Below, one piece after another: positions 11,680 through 26,249 of a stretch of 64,000 nt of DNA (positions are counted from its first letter, which is position 1; each line of letters starts with the position of its first letter). The notes below the pieces were generated by a model that saw only the letters and a program-made list of their open reading frames with translations, had not been told where the DNA came from and searched no databases. Both the position numbers and the translations under genes were made by a program. This DNA is from Octopus vulgaris (lineage: Eukaryota), in contig OX597818.1 of NCBI GenBank assembly GCA_951406725.2, positions 30,566,001-30,630,000 on the forward strand, given 5' to 3'.

Positions 11680-13900
11680 ATTAAACTCTGCTTGCCCTGC
11701 CTTGTGGGAACCATGTTACTTTCTTCTTTGTGTATGCACTGTGTCTTCATTCAGTGGGAGAAATTCTATATCTTTTCTATGTTAATCTTAGAAATGCTTT
11801 TCTTTCCACACGAACTGGCAACAAAATCATTCAATCAAGTAACTTTAATACCAGGATAGGTAACAACTGCAATACATGGTCTAGTTTGGGATGCTTTGGC
11901 CTAGGCAAAATGAAAAGTTTTCTACATATGCTGCAACTATGTTCTGAGTTCAGCCTTGTGTTAAGTAACATAATGTTTTGTCCGAAACTCAAGCATAAAG
12001 CTTCCAAGACTCACCTTCAGTCAAACCAAGGCCATCTTTTTGATTTTGTTTTATTACATAAATGTGACATTCATGATCCATGTTGTTATAAAGTTTTGTG
12101 TGGAATTACATGTTGGAAAGACCACTACCTTGTATGAATAAACCTGAAGCTGGTTGTAAGGAAAAAGTTCCAAAATAACTGAATGTTGACAAACTGTGAG
12201 AACCAGTTCATGAAGTTCTAGCAAATTCATTGCTTGATGGTTTAGATATTATTGAAGCATCATTAATCAACATATCTGTGGATATTCAACTGACCTTTGA
12301 CTGGAAAGACTCCTAAGCAATGTACACTTTGTTAAAACAAATATTTTGCCCCCATCAATCAACTAATCAACAACTGCTTCTCTCAATTCCAAAGATGGAT
12401 TTACTTCAGTCAGTGAAACTCAAAATAATTTGAAGCGATAGCTTCAGCAGTTCACAGATCTTTTCTATGATCCATCCTTAGTAGATAAGAGAGTCATAGA
12501 AGACCTACTGCAGCACCACGTTATTGAAAGAATGGATAATAATCCTATTATAAGTTAAAATTGCAATGAAACAGATCAACTAAAGAGAAGTTTCAGGAAC
12601 TGGTGGTTTACTAGCTAAGATCACATCAACCACTGCATCCTCATGTTTAAACATGATGAGGATGTAGTGACTAACCTTGTGACCTCACAAATTGTTGACT
12701 GTACAAGATCAGAGGCACCAAGTCCAACTATGTTAACTTTCATGGTATTTTTGTAATTTTAACTGTTGGCATGTTATCCACCAGACTTTTATTGAATATA
12801 CTGCAGACATATATATGCTTCATTCTTATTTCAGGAGTACCTCAGATATCTTCAGGAATTGCAGAAATTCAGAGAGTGGAAGCTTTCTCTTTATCAAGTT
12901 TTCCTTACTCTAACAAAAGCCTTAGACAGGGTGAATAGAAATGCACTGTGGAGAATCTCAGGCAAGTTGGTGGTACTTCTTTAAGTTGTCTGACCAACTG
13001 GACACTGCTATGGAGGGCTACATCAACTCAAATGGTTCTCTGTCAGAACAGTGGTGTTAAATAGAAGATATACCTGTGCCAACTTTGTTATCCCTGTGCT
13101 TTGCAGTGGTGATGGCTCATGCATTTAAGGACTGTTTTTAGGTATCTTTGTCTGCTATCACACAACAGATAAATATTTTAATCTGAATCATTTCAAAGCT
13201 AATTCAAAGATCATTATAATTATTTTTTTTACAATTTATTATATGCTGATGACTGTGTTCTTGTGTTTCACTCTGAGCAAAGATATTCAGAACATAATGA
13301 GCCGTTTCTTTAGTGTCTGTACAAATCTGTAAAAGAATCCACTATAAAGACTTCAGTTATACTTGGGACACTGGAGAAATGAATCTAGTTAAGAGGGACA
13401 TGAAATTGTCTATTGAGCTTTGCATATATTATGTTTGTATCATCACATCCCTGCTGTACTTATCTGAGACATATCTGAGAAGATCTGAGGTATATATTAA
13501 AATCATCAGTTGGAAATTTTTTACACTTATCACAGATGTACTGGGAAATGCAGACTGCCTCAGTATGGAAGCTCATTGGTTATATTATGTTTTGATGATT
13601 TCAGGCTTCTGAAGTGATCAGTTTATGGAGAATTAGTTCTTGCTAAGCAGTCCCAGCATAAACCAAAGAGATTTCATGGCATCCCCACAAACATCCACAA
13701 GTCCTTGAACATTAGCACTGTTCGTTGGGAATATCTTGCATTGAACAGAAAAAAAAGGATGGTCTGAAACTGGGAATAATAGCATGCAGTTTGAGAAAAT
13801 TCAAATTGCCCATTAATAGTGAAATGTAATGCCTGAAAACTGCAGTGTTGAAAGTCTGGATATAATTTTGCCTGCATAGTCTGTGGTCATCTTATCATTC
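11680..13900 (+). mobile_element. Old, heavily degraded RTE (BovB-like) LINE
   Basis: Remnant motifs KFREWKLSLYQVFLTLTKALDRVNRNALW (about 12860-12950) and LYADDC (YADD at 13242-13253); 3' part homologous to 56340-56760; boundaries approximate. Confidence 0.65.
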
Positions 13901-14614
13901 TGAAAGCTCACAAGCACACACACACACACATTTCTATTATACTAAATTATTTATGTACTTTTTTATTGTGTAGTTCAGTGGTGAAACTACTGAAGACAGC
14001 CACAAGTTCAACTACTTTTACTGAGAAGAATTCTCAAGAGATTTTGTCAACAATATCATTCACATATGAACAAAAAAATCTAAACTGTGGACAGTAAACT
14101 CATCATGCATTTTCTACATTCCTTGACATAATTTATAAATATGATTTGCTGTCATTTTTGAAGGCACAAACTCACCAGTGATTTAATGCAATAATAGTTG
14201 GAGAAATCTTCAGGAATTAAATATAGGCATTTCTATTGTTTTAACCCCAATGAAATATTAAAACCATTTATGTAAAAATGTTCATATTCTCATTGCATCC
14301 AATCCTTCAGTGTATGTTGATAAATATTTAATTATTTTTATAAGACAAGTCTGTATCAAATATATGGAATGTATGTTATGTCAATACATTTATCAAATAC
14401 TTGATTTAGTTTATTTCTTAAAAAATGGTTATTTTTGACAGTACAACCTTACTAGTTCATCCATCCATCTGTGTGTGTGTGTGTGTGTAGTATTCAACTA
14501 CTCTGCTCCCCACAAAGATTGCTGGTTTTGTGCCTAAATTAGATACCATTACTATTATTGTTGTTGCTGTGGCTGTTAACAACATGGATAAAACTGAAAC
14601 CAAACTTTAGAAGG

Positions 14615-14825
14615 AGGCGAGCTGGCAGAATTGTTAGCACGCCGGGCGAAATGCTTAGTGGTATTTCGTCTGCCGTTATGTTCTGAGTTCAAATTCGACT
14701 TTGCCTTTCATCCTTTCGGGGTTGATAAATTAAGTTCCAGTTATGCACTGGGGTCGATGTAATCGACTTAATACCTTTGTTTGTCCCCTCTATGTTTAGC
14801 CCCTTGTGGGCAATAAAGAAATAAG
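14615..14825 (+). mobile_element. tRNA-derived SINE, family C (followed by degenerate copies to about 15330)
   Basis: GGCGAGCTGGCAGAA...GAGTTCAAAT...GCCTTTCATCCTTTCGGGG...; homologous to 42488-42722. Confidence 0.85.
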
Positions 14826-15811
14826 AATCATTAGCAGGCCAGAAAAATTTCTTAGCAGCATTTTATTTGTCTTTATATTCTGCGGTCATCTTTGGCTTTC
14901 ATCCTTTCGAAATCAATAAAATACATACCAGTCAAACACTGGGCTTGATACGCTTGACTAGCCCTTTCACCACAAATTCCAGGCTTCTTACCTATAATAG
15001 AAAGAATTCTTATTATTGTGTGGTGGGTTGACAATATTGTTATAGTGTTGAAAAAAGTTTCTTGCTGTATTTGTTTTGGTACTTCAGATTCTGAGTTCAA
15101 ATCTCACTGAAGTTTCATGTTTCATCCATTTGGTGGGTCAATAAGTCAAGTGGTGTGATTTGATTAATCAACCATCCCTTGTACTTCTCCACCAGTTTCT
15201 AACATTCTGTCTCTGTTAGAAATGGTGAATTGAGAGGATTGACAACAGTGAAACTAAATATCTAATATTTCATTTTATTTTCATAGATTCTAGGTTGAAA
15301 CCCCACTGAAGTCAAGCCTTCCTCTTTTCTAGTTCAATTTTCCACCTTTTTTGATCCATAGTATACAAAATATTATGGTAAATGAGTTACAGCACTCCAT
15401 CCACTTTCTAAAAAATTTATTATGAAAAAAAAAAAGAAAAATTATTTTAAACAAAAACACATGCCTTGTACTTTGCTGCAAATGAACCTCTGCACCAGTC
15501 CAGGGCCTTCAAAACATTCGAGGGTTTCTAAATATCTTGCTGTTTTCCAACATATCTTAAAAACTCATGCCACACCAATGAAGCATATACTACACAGTCT
15601 GCTTGTCAGTGAAGTAATTGTCATATTCTAAAGTTAATTGAATTTTATGGCCTTGTGTTTGGGTAAAAAAAAAAACCATCGTTATTATTGTCACATCAGC
15701 AGTCTTGTTGCTTATTTCAAATAGTTGTTTCTAATATATGCTCATTTCTTCTGGGGTTTTCATTTATTTGAACTATCTTTCTGGCCTCCTCCAATTAAAT
15801 GGGCTGCAAAT

Positions 15812-16400
15812 CATCGTCACCATCCATTAACATCTGTTTTCCATACCCGCATGGGTTGGATGGTTTGACCAGAGTTGCACCAGGTTTCAATCTGATTTGA
15901 CCCGGTTTTTACAGCTGGATGCCCTTCCTAATGCCAACCACTTTACAGTGTGTGCTGGGTGCTTTTAACGTGGCACTGCACAAGTATTTTTATGTGATAC
16001 TAGCATGAGTGCTTTTTGCATGGCACCAGCACTTGCCTCTTGCAGGTCAATCCTCTTCACTAGGAGGAGTGGTCTTAACACTTCTGCTGTAACAGACAGG
16101 TTTTTTTGAATACAGCAAAGCGCTAGGTATTTTGGTCCTTTGTCATCTTGTGTGAAAGGTCCAGTATCCTGAAGTCGTCTTTCAGTACTTTGTCCCTCAT
16201 CTTCTTGTGTCTCCCTCTTCCATCTGTTCCATCCGCTTTGAGAGGTCAACACTTTATGGAGCTGTTGGCATCCATCTGCATTACATGACCAAACCAGTGC
16301 AGTCTTGTCTCTAGTGCACTGCATCTAATTCCTCTTGCACCTGACTTTTCTCTCAAAGCACCAGCACTCTGTCGAACATGTACACTTACATTACACATCA
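15812..16400 (-). mobile_element. RTE LINE 3' fragment
   Basis: MCNVSVHVRQS...RLHWFGHVMQMD plus the degenerate structured 3' tail. Confidence 0.8.
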
Positions 16401-17997
16401 AGTAAAACAAAGTAAGGCAGAATTTCTCTTTTGCAATAGTACAAAATTTAAAATGAGAAGTATCAACCATCTGACATATCTAATTATTTATCATTTTCCC
16501 CCCATCACAACAGCAATATTGTACGTAGTATTTGTTGCTTATTTTCTCATTACTTGCCTCTTACTTGGTAGATGAACCATTAATTAATCTCTCAAATAGA
16601 GAGAAGGGGGAGGCAGAGAGAGGAGGAGTTTTGTGTGTGTAAATAAAAATCATGAAGTTACATGTATCTTCTCTGGAGGATGTACTGTCAAGCTGAAGTA
16701 ATACAAGTTACTAAAAACATTGTTATTGTGTTAATAATAACCAAGGTCTTTCGAACAATCATCTTCTTCACAGCTTGCTAGAAAATCTCTGTGTGTCTGT
16801 GTGTGTGCGTGTTTGGAAATTTTGGCCTACAATGAAAGAATATAGATTTTCTTGGCTTCTTTACAAAATGTATTGCTTCAAGTGAATTACTTATTAACAA
16901 ATTGTTATTTATCCCTCAACTCCCTGGTTAGTTCTGATCAAGCAAACCTATGATTAAAGGCATTCCAGTTATGATCATACCATCCTTTTTAAGTGTATGT
17001 AGGTCTACGTTGTCCCCTGTATCCTTTTCTTTTCCAAAATGCTAGGGTATGATCTGAGGAAAGCAAACATATAGAGACTTTCTCTTATAAGTAAAAATTC
17101 AGATAGAAGCAAATGAATATTTAATGTTCAGCTTTTTTTTATCTATTTTGGGTAACAAATATGTGTCTATTTGTATATTTATGTGTATATACAGTGTGCC
17201 AGGCAACATTTTTATCCTTATGTTTTAGAAAGGAGGGCAGGCAGTGTCCATGACACTTACTGGTCCTCTAAGACAGGTGGGAGGGAGGAAGATATCCTCT
17301 AACTTGAAGGCAGGCCTGAATACTTGCAACAGAATGGACTAGGCTAAAAGCACCTTAGATGCCAGATAGTGATGTTAAGCTGACAGGTCAAGTTTACCAC
17401 TCATGTTGGCCTTGATGAGATCTGAAGTCAGAACACAAAGTACTGGAAGAAACACTGCAAAACATCCTGTCTGATGTTTTCATGGTTCCACCAATCCACC
17501 ACCCTGATTTGGAATTTTTTCTATTTCCATCTTCAAAGGGTGAAAGGCAGAAGAAGGGTGAAGAGTTCAGATCCTCTGCAGGATCTGAACTCAGACTACT
17601 GATAGTTGGAACAAATCCTGCATAGCATTCTGTCTGACACTCTAATGATTCTGTCAATTTCCTGCCTAAACTGAAAACAACAAAACATAATTAAAATATA
17701 CGATATCAGACATAAAAACAATGTGCTTCCAGAAAATAACAGGTTACACATTTAGCTAGATACATCAAGAAAACAAGCTCGTCAGCAAAACTGCCCTTGA
17801 CTCAAATGACGATATTAATGCCTCTATAGAAGTGAGTGGATGCCAGGATCAGGTGGGGTATCTTGCTCCTTCCAACTATGTCCATGACAATGAATCTTTG
17901 GCCCTGTGGAGCCACTGATCAGGCATCCTTGGACGTACTCTAGATACAGCAGTCAAAGTCATTGGGGGGGCACATGTTGGATGTCACATGATAATGA

Positions 17998-18312
17998 ATC
18001 ATCATCATCATCGTTTAACGTCCGCTTTCCATGCTAGCATGGGTTGGACAGTTCAACTGGGGTCTGAGAAGCCAGAAGGCTGCACCAGGCCCAGTCTGAT
18101 CTGGCAGTGTTTCTACAGCTGGATGCCCTTCCTAATGCCAACCACTCCGTGAGTGTAGTGGGTGCTTTTTACGTGCCACCGGCACAGGTGCCAGACGAAG
18201 CTGGCAAACGGCCACGATCGGATGGTGCTTTTTACGTGCCATGGGCACGGAGACCAGATGAGGCTGGCAACGGCCACGATCGGATGGCGCTTTTTATGTG
18301 CCACCAGCACGG
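17998..18312 (-). mobile_element. RTE 3'-tail repeat (3 tandem units)
   Basis: (CAT)n-CGTTTAACGTCCGCTTTCCATGCTAGCATGGG start on +; three GGTGCTTTTTACGTGCCACC-like units. Confidence 0.85.
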
Positions 18313-19267
18313 ATTATCAACAATTCCTGGGTTGCATGGGCCATGTGGGAGGGAGTGGAACCCCACTTGAACATGCATATTCCACACACCCTCACTTACA
18401 CTCTACATTCTCATTTTCAGTCCCTATCAAGATCAGATTTACTTTTCATTCTTCCAGGTCAATATAATCCACTTTAACCTTACTTCTAAATGTGAGCCCT
18501 TGGATCCATGTTGGAAATCAATATCTTTGTCACGAGTAAGATTTTCAGTATATTTTAGTGCGTGTGTGTGCATGTAATTTTGGCTAAAATACAACAATCT
18601 TAACACTTGCTCTTTTTAAGTGTCAACAACATAGAAATTGTACAAGTATGATGTCCTCATATCTTGAGAAACTTGTTTGCTTGGGATTTATGTTAAAGCT
18701 TGACGAATTTGGTGTTGAACATCAAAAGATCTTGTAATGTCAGAAATTTTTTCAGTCCACCAGAGAGATATTACTAAAATTCCTTTAGGGTAATTTATGT
18801 GTATAGAGCTGCTTGTTTCAGGCTTCGTTATTGAAGTTTGTATAATTTGTATTTGTTAGTAGTAAAGAATATTTCCCCCCCACATGATGTTATGCAGTAA
18901 TGGTATCTGGAAAACTCAGATATGTTTGTTTATACTTGCGTACATGTACGTGATTTAATTTTCTCTTTTTCTTATATACACATTTGCACATACCCTTGTA
19001 CATATATGCATAAACTTGTGTCATGTTCTTTCTGTTGGCTGATGGTGGAGGTGGTGGTGATTGGAGAGCTAAATTTTCCCCAAACTTATGTTGTGTGTAT
19101 GTGTGTGTGTGTATGTTTTTTTCATACATCTCTCTCTCTTTCTTGTGATCCTTTTGATTTTGAAGAAGTTAAACTTGTGAAACAAATAAAAGGGCTCATG
19201 GAATCTCATGTTTCACCAAACTAAATAAATGTCATAGTAAAAAAAAAGAAAAAAAAAAGCATTTATT

Positions 19268-19578
19268 GGCGCAGGAGTGGCTGTGTGGTAAGTAGCTTGT
19301 TTACCAACCACATGGTTCTGGGTTCAGTCCCACTGCGTGGCACCTTGGGTAAGTGTCTTCTACTATAGCCTCGAGCCTACCAAAGCCTTGTGAGTAGATT
19401 TGGTAGACGGAAACTGAAAGAAGCCCGTCGTATATATGTATATATATATATATGCGTGTGTGTGTTTGTCACCCTAGCATTGCTTGACAACCGATGCTGG
19501 GGTCGATTTGCTCGACTAAAGGCAGTGCTCCAGCATGGCCACAGTCAAATGACTGAAACGAGTAAAAGAGTAAAGAGT
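19268..19578 (+). mobile_element. SINE family A (further degenerate SINE copies at about 19811-20295 and 20560-20885)
   Basis: Reverse complement of the 1010-1408 element. Confidence 0.85.
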
Positions 19579-20929
19579 ATTGCTACAATATTAGACTTAT
19601 CAGCTATCTATAGATATAATCTTAAGTTCAAATCTACTGAAAGTAATTTGATATGTATTTGAGTATTGCATTTAATTCTCTATGCCCTTGTTCACTTTTC
19701 AGTCAAGAATATGTACTAAGTAATCAAGAAATTTTACTTGTGATAGATTGGCTTTCTGTCTAGTAGGTCACCTTATCTAGTTAATAAGCCAGAATTTAAT
19801 ATGCATCATAGGCTCAGACGTGGCTGTGTGGTAAGAAGTTTGCTTCCCAACCACATAGTTTCAGTCCCAGCCTCACTGTGTGGTACCTTGGGCAAGTATC
19901 TTCTACTATAGCCCTGGGTTGACCAATGCCTTGTGAGTAGATTTAGTTGACAGAATCTTAAAGAATCCTGTTATTATTTGTGTGTGCATATGTTTGTGGT
20001 ATATGTATGAGGTAGTGAGTTTGATTCCTGGATTGGGTTGTGTGTCGTGTTCTTGAGCAAGACACTTTATTTCAGTTGCTCCAGTTCACTGTGCTGTAAA
20101 AATGAGTTGCAATGTCACTGGTGCCAAGCTATATTGCACACTGCCTTTCCTTTGGATAACATCAGTAGCATGGAGAGGGGAGGCTGGTATGCATGGGCAA
20201 TTGCTGATCTTCCATAAACAACCTCACTTGGATTTGTGCCTCAGAGGGTAACTTTCTCAGTGTAATTCCATGGGCATTCCTGACCAAAGGGGGTCATTTT
20301 TTATATGTTTGTGTCTTGATATTATGTGATTGTTTTAAATGAATGTCACTAGGTGTAGGTATGACTACCTTAGATAAGTTTCTTCTGTCATAGCCTTGGA
20401 TTGACTTGTGAATGAAATTTTATAGTTGGAAACTGTGTGGAAGCTTTCAAGTTCTTGGATAGCAGAATTTATTGCATCAGATGTATCAAAAATATACGAG
20501 TGATTTGGAAAATTTATCTTGAATGAAAGAAAAAGCCCTAGTTACTTCCCTCCATTTTTGTGTGGTAAGAAGCTTGCATCCCAACCACATGGTTCTGGGT
20601 CCAGTCCCTCTGTATGGCTCCTTGAGCAAGTGTTTTCTACTATAGCCTTGTGAGTGGATTTGGTGGATGGAAACTGAAAGAAGCCTGTTATATATGTGTG
20701 TGTGTGTGTATCTGTGTTTGTCGTTCTACCCCCCCCCCCCATCACTGCTTGACAACTGGTGCTGGTGTGTTTGTATCCCACCAGGCTTTAAAAAAAAAGT
20801 CCTAGGGCCAATTTGCTTGACTAAAATGTGATGCTCCAGCATGGTGGCAGTCACTTGACTGAAACAAGTCAAAGAAATAAAAGAATATTAAACTATAGAT
20901 ATTACACACATGCAGTCGAAGAATTAGAC

Positions 20930-22554
20930 TTTTCTGTTATATTTTCTGTAATGAACTGGAATACCTATGTTTAGAATTTCATCAAAATTGCAGATGAGGG
21001 TTCTTTCCCTCTGTACACACCCTAAAAAAATTGTAATCGTGCCACATGTATCCCATACTACTGATTTTTATGCGCATATTCCAAAATTCCAGTGTTATAG
21101 AACCTGTTAAAAGGATTTTGCTCCTGAAAAATGGAGGTCATGGAGCTCTAAAATACGAGAGTTAAGGCCCCTATTGGAGGTGGGCGTCTTAATGTCAACC
21201 AGAGAAGTTGAATTGTCGAGAATCTTTTTAACTTGGGTTTTATATCTATTGCTTGAATTTCTTTGAAATAGGAAACATATGTTCACTGGGTTTGTAAAAG
21301 AGAGCAAAGCTACAGGAAACCAAAAGACGAATGATGACAATAAGCAGTCAGCTACCCTACCCTAGTCGTTACCACTCCCAATGTAGGATTCCTCACCATC
21401 CAGGTGACAGACACAGCCGTAAGATGCATTACGAATCTATAGCAATTGGAAGGGTGTGACCCAACTGAAATAAACATCAACAACTGTGTGACATGAGGGC
21501 TAAGGAGAAATGAAAGTGTCACCTCTGGAGTTTGCAAATGACCAATATACTGATACATAACTGGACAGAATAAATTTACAATCTCTAAATGACTTTGACT
21601 AACCAGTCACTCATTTGGGAAGGCCTTGAAATCAATGTTACCATCTGGGGACTATGTGTGACCCAGTGATAATAAAAAGACTGAAAGGAGGTCTGCAACC
21701 AAATAACTTTATAGAACACTTTGCAACTGAATCAGTGGAAGCAAAGATGCCTCTCATTTATTTGACAATTTATGCAGCACATTGCAGAAATCACAATCTA
21801 AGTATATCTCAAAGCAAACTCTTACACTATTGTACCATTGAATTACAAATAATGCTCATCTTTTATGCTCGGGTGACCCTACAGCTTCCAAGAGTACAAC
21901 TGAATTCATCATTGCTTAGATAAAATGACTAAATTGTGGGTGTTAGGTCCCCATGAAGGGGTTTTTCTAACTTGTAAGAAGATGAAATTTTATAGATCTT
22001 ACTTTATTTGTGTGTAATATCTATGGTTTAAAATTTCATCACAGCAAAAATATACGAATTGTCATAGGGGTTATGCATAGAATATAATTTCCAAATTTCC
22101 TAAAGATCCATTCAGTACTTTTTACCTAGTTTTGGATCATAAAATAAATGACTAAAATTTGGGAGTTAAGGCCCCCATTAGGGTGTCTTAGAATCCTCAT
22201 GTGAAGTGGAAACTTTGAGAATACTTCTTGATGTGTGTCAATTACCCATGGTTGAAATTTCATCAACATCAAAAATTTATGAATTTTCATGGGGGTTCTG
22301 CCCCCTTTAAGCCATCTGAAATTCAAACCAAACATATTGCATTATACCTGCCCTTATGCATTGAATCTAAGTTTCAAATATCATAAGGATCCATTCAGTA
22401 ATTTTGGTCCATGCAATTGTATGAACTACACAGCATTACCCTTCTCCCAAGGCTTTGATTTTGTGTTCCAAATTTCATTATGATCGGTGCATAGTTTTCG
22501 AATGTATAAGTAACACACAAACACACATAAAGACATTGACTTTCATATAATAGA
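20930..22554 (-). mobile_element. Degenerate non-autonomous Helitron-like element
   Basis: Minus-strand A|TCTATTATATGAAAG...TGTGTGTTTGTG 5' end at 22554; internal recurring AAATTTCATCA-type subrepeats; 3' end not identified. Confidence 0.4.
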
Positions 22555-23019
22555 TATGAATATGCACATATACATACATATATATATATATATGTGTGTG
22601 TGTATTACATACACACTTGTATTCAGACAATCAGTATTACAGAAAGTATGATGTGACTAGTTCCATAAATCTCAGACCGTCCAACAAGCTTTCACAGAGT
22701 TTCCCTACAGTCAATTTCAGTGTCATGTGTAAAAGGAAGCTTGGCCAAGGTGCTATGCAACAGTTGGAATCAGTAACACTTGACACCAATGCTGGATAGA
22801 AAGATTTGTAGGTGCCTGGTATTTGACTATGTCCAGTTCTTTCCGTATTTAAATTTTATGTTCATTTTGATTTCATCTCTTCAAGCTTGCTAAAAATAAG
22901 TATCAGTTGAATTAGTACTGAGATTGATATAATCAACTACATTATATGAGGCATGAGCACAGTAAACAAAATATATACATATATGTCATAAACACACTTG
23001 TTTACCTATTTATTTGCAG

Positions 23020-23179
23020 TGCATGAATTCCAGCAGTCTCCTCCTTCTGTACAACTTCTCCATTGACTATAATATTACCCGAGATGACCTATTGCTTCTA
23101 TCACCTGCCATTCTGCACCAATTATACACCTGTAAAACTGTTCCTATAGGTAACCAAAAGTACAACAAATCTGCTGAAG
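23020..23179 (+). CDS. SLC39A14: ZIP8/14-like exon 2 (ectodomain with PAL motif)
   Basis: tttatttgcag|TGC...GAA G|gtatta; CMNSSSLLLLYNF...LLSPAILHQLYTC, corresponding to the LIV-1 CPALLxQ motif; phase 0 to 1. Confidence 0.85.
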
Positions 23180-24343
23180 GTATTATACCCATCCTTTCCA
23201 TATTTTTCACTACCTTTGATACATTTTATAATTACACGCATTAATTTTTATTGATTTCTCTCCAGTCTGTTACCTGTGTTGTAATTTTACCATGAAATAT
23301 ACCTGCCTTGTGGTTGCAGCTGGAACAGTGGGTTTTCTATCTAGGTGTTCTTGATGGTTTGAGAGGGTAGAAACAAAGCTGTTTTATATAACTACTAGCC
23401 ATGAACCATGAAGCCTCTCTCTATAAACCCACACAATATGTTCATCTTTTGAGCCTACCTCCTGCATATGTAAAATCTTAATCCACTTCTATTTTTTCTA
23501 TCACTGTTACAGTGGGCTTATGCCCACCTCTGATCAAGCATTCCTGACTTCTCTATTCTCCTCTCATCACTCATATTGTCTTCCCACTTGCTCAGGCCCC
23601 TTACTAACCAATATATCCTGTCCTTTCTTCTCTGAATGTTCGCTCTCTAGAATTCCCTACTCAGCACGTTCCTCCTGTAGACATCAGCTTGCAGCTATTC
23701 AAGAGGAATGTTAATCACATGCATCTGACCATCCTCAGAGAGTCTACAAAGGTTGTGGGCATAATCCCTTCCTCCTAACCAAACAAATGAAAAATACAAA
23801 GTATTGAGTGGAGTACCCTGGTAAACTCTTACAAACAGAAAAATGTTATTTGAGGCCAGAACAGTTGTAATGATGATAATTATTATTAGTGGTGGTGATG
23901 ATAATAAAGGATGTTATATTCAATTGTAACCATAGTTAAACCATTTCAAAGCTGAAAATCTGACTAGATGTTACTGTCTCTGACTAGCCACACTGTAAGT
24001 TCTGTGTATTACTTGTATTTATTTTAATATTTTTATTGAGTGTCTAACTAATAATTGTTGTTAGTGGCTGAGTTAATAGGATTTCTGGCTGTCAGCTGAA
24101 GAGCCAGCACTTTGTATTCTATCACCAGCACTGTGATGTGTCCTTGAGTAAGACACATAGCTGTCCATTTAAGTGAAAGCTGATACTTCAGATCTGTACA
24201 GCTCACTACTAGAAAAAAAAAAGAAGAAAAGAAAAAGAAAAACTTTACAACTGTTTCCCTTTTGTCAACACTGATCAAGGATAGATTTATCATCAAAGTA
24301 ATTTCAGCTGTGACAATCCATCTCTTTCTCAGATGTCTAAAAC

Positions 24344-24546
24344 TACAAGGTGGTATCAAAAGGTTCCCGGACTAGTTATGTTTAATAAAAAATAACACAT
24401 TTATCTTAGTTTTAACATCATCTCCTTTAAAATAGTTACCTTGCACAGCACTGCACCACTCTCAGCATTCCTGCCACTTTTGGAATCTGGCCTGGAAGTT
24501 GTTTTCCATGAGTTCTGGACCTTCTGCGATTCACTCTTGATCTCTT
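24344..24546. mobile_element. Mariner-like terminal fragment
   Basis: TACAAGGTGGTATCAAAAGGTTCCCGGACT resembles a mariner TIR after TA; second TIR not seen. Confidence 0.45.
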
Positions 24547-25151
24547 ACTTGGAAATAGATGGGGGTTGGTGATATGGCGTGAAGATTATCTGAATAACTT
24601 AGCTTCAATAAATCAAGAAGAGAGCAGTTTAGAAAATAAACTATCTTTATCTACATTGCAAAATTGAAATTAGTAACTTATAGGACATAAAACTAAAACC
24701 CACTTGTTCTCACCACCACAAAATATTATTCTCTGGTAAAATCATGGGAAAATCAGCATGCTGATGACAGACTGAAGAAGCCCATTTGAAAATGAAAATA
24801 AGCAAATATCACTTAGATAATATAATAAACTACTCTCAGACTATTTTCACTTGGGAATCCTAAATGCTTAAATTATAACTATCATGGATCAGAAGAGTGT
24901 ATTCATAGAATGATGTTTATATTTAGTTTCAGTTCACATGACCTGAACAAATGAGTTTGAGTAAAACCATCCTACCCACCCTTTTAGTAATACACCTACT
25001 GACATGCACACCTGCACAGACACATGGATACTAATAAACATCCACACACACACACACACTACTTGTATACATATGGAACATGTGCATAGCTACATTCTTT
25101 AAGGAGAAAAAAATAATATTGATTTCAGGTATTTTCAATGGTTTCTTTCAG

Positions 25152-25321
25152 CATGGGGATTTGGTTTCTTGTTTGTAACACTTATCAACCTGTGTGCTCT
25201 CTGTGGTGTGGTGGTACTGCCTGTCATGAATACACGTATCTATAAAAAAGTCCTGCTCTTCCTTGTTGCTTTGGCTGTAGGAAGTCTTGCAGGAAGTGGG
25301 CTTCTTGTCCTAATTCCAGAG
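25152..25321 (+). CDS. SLC39A14: ZIP8/14-like exon 3 (TM1-TM2)
   Basis: tttctttcag|CA TGG GGA...CCA GAG|gtaagt; AWGFGFLFVTLINLCALCG...LAVGSLAGSGLLVLIPE; 170 nt, phase 1 to 0. Confidence 0.93.
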
Positions 25322-26249
25322 GTAAGTTATCAAATTTTCAATACTCTTCAAATTTATTTCCTCATGCAGATGGGTTTTTTAAAATGTTCTTTTGTGTGTG
25401 TGTGTATGTTTGTGTGCGCGCGCACAGGAATGCCTGTGTGGTAAGAAGCTTGCTTCCCAATTACATTGTTTTATGTTCAGATCCACTTGGGCAAGAATCT
25501 TCTACTATGGCCCTGATCAAAGCCTTGCGAGTGGATTTGGTTATCAGAAACTGAAAGGAGCCATCGTGTATATGTATGTATGCATGTATGTATACACACA
25601 CAAGAGTGAGCAGACAAATGAAAGAACAGGGCACTCAATACATTTAGTAGGAGTTACATGCATTATTTAAAACAGTTTGATTCAGTTCCGTGCTACAGGC
25701 CCCTAATGGGAAGACTCCTTTAGGTTTCTAAAATGTCAAATTGGCATTCAGCATTCCAGAAACCTGAAGGAGTAGGCTTCCTTGTAGGGGTTTGTGAAAC
25801 TTGAAGTTGCATCGAACTGAATCAAGCTGTTTTAGATAATGTGTGTGGGTGTTTGTGTATGTCCTGCACCACCACTTGATGACCAATATTGATTTGTTTA
25901 TGTCCCTGTAACTTTGCAACTTGGTAAAGAGACTTATTAAATAGGTACTGGGGTCTATTTGTTTGACTAGAATAGCATGGCTGCAGTCCAATGACTGAAA
26001 CAAGTAAAAGATAATATATACATAAAAAAAAAAAATGGAACAAGACCATAACAGGTGACGACAAAACATGGCAAAAGGTAATATGTATATTTGTTTTATA
26101 CTTAGAAGTGATGTATATTACCAGAAATTCCAACATATCAGAAAAGGTTTTCCAAATGTGAAAATGCAATACTGCATCATTTGTGCATATGTGTATATGT
26201 GCAGGTGATGCAATATTACATTTTCACATTTGGAAAATCTTTTCTGATA

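Noticed and set aside
18107-18467. Recurrent LQLDALPNANHS ORF family (also 29264, 37889, 58625, 62517)
   Set aside because: Antisense readings of the RTE 3' UTR; starts, stops and frames are not conserved between copies
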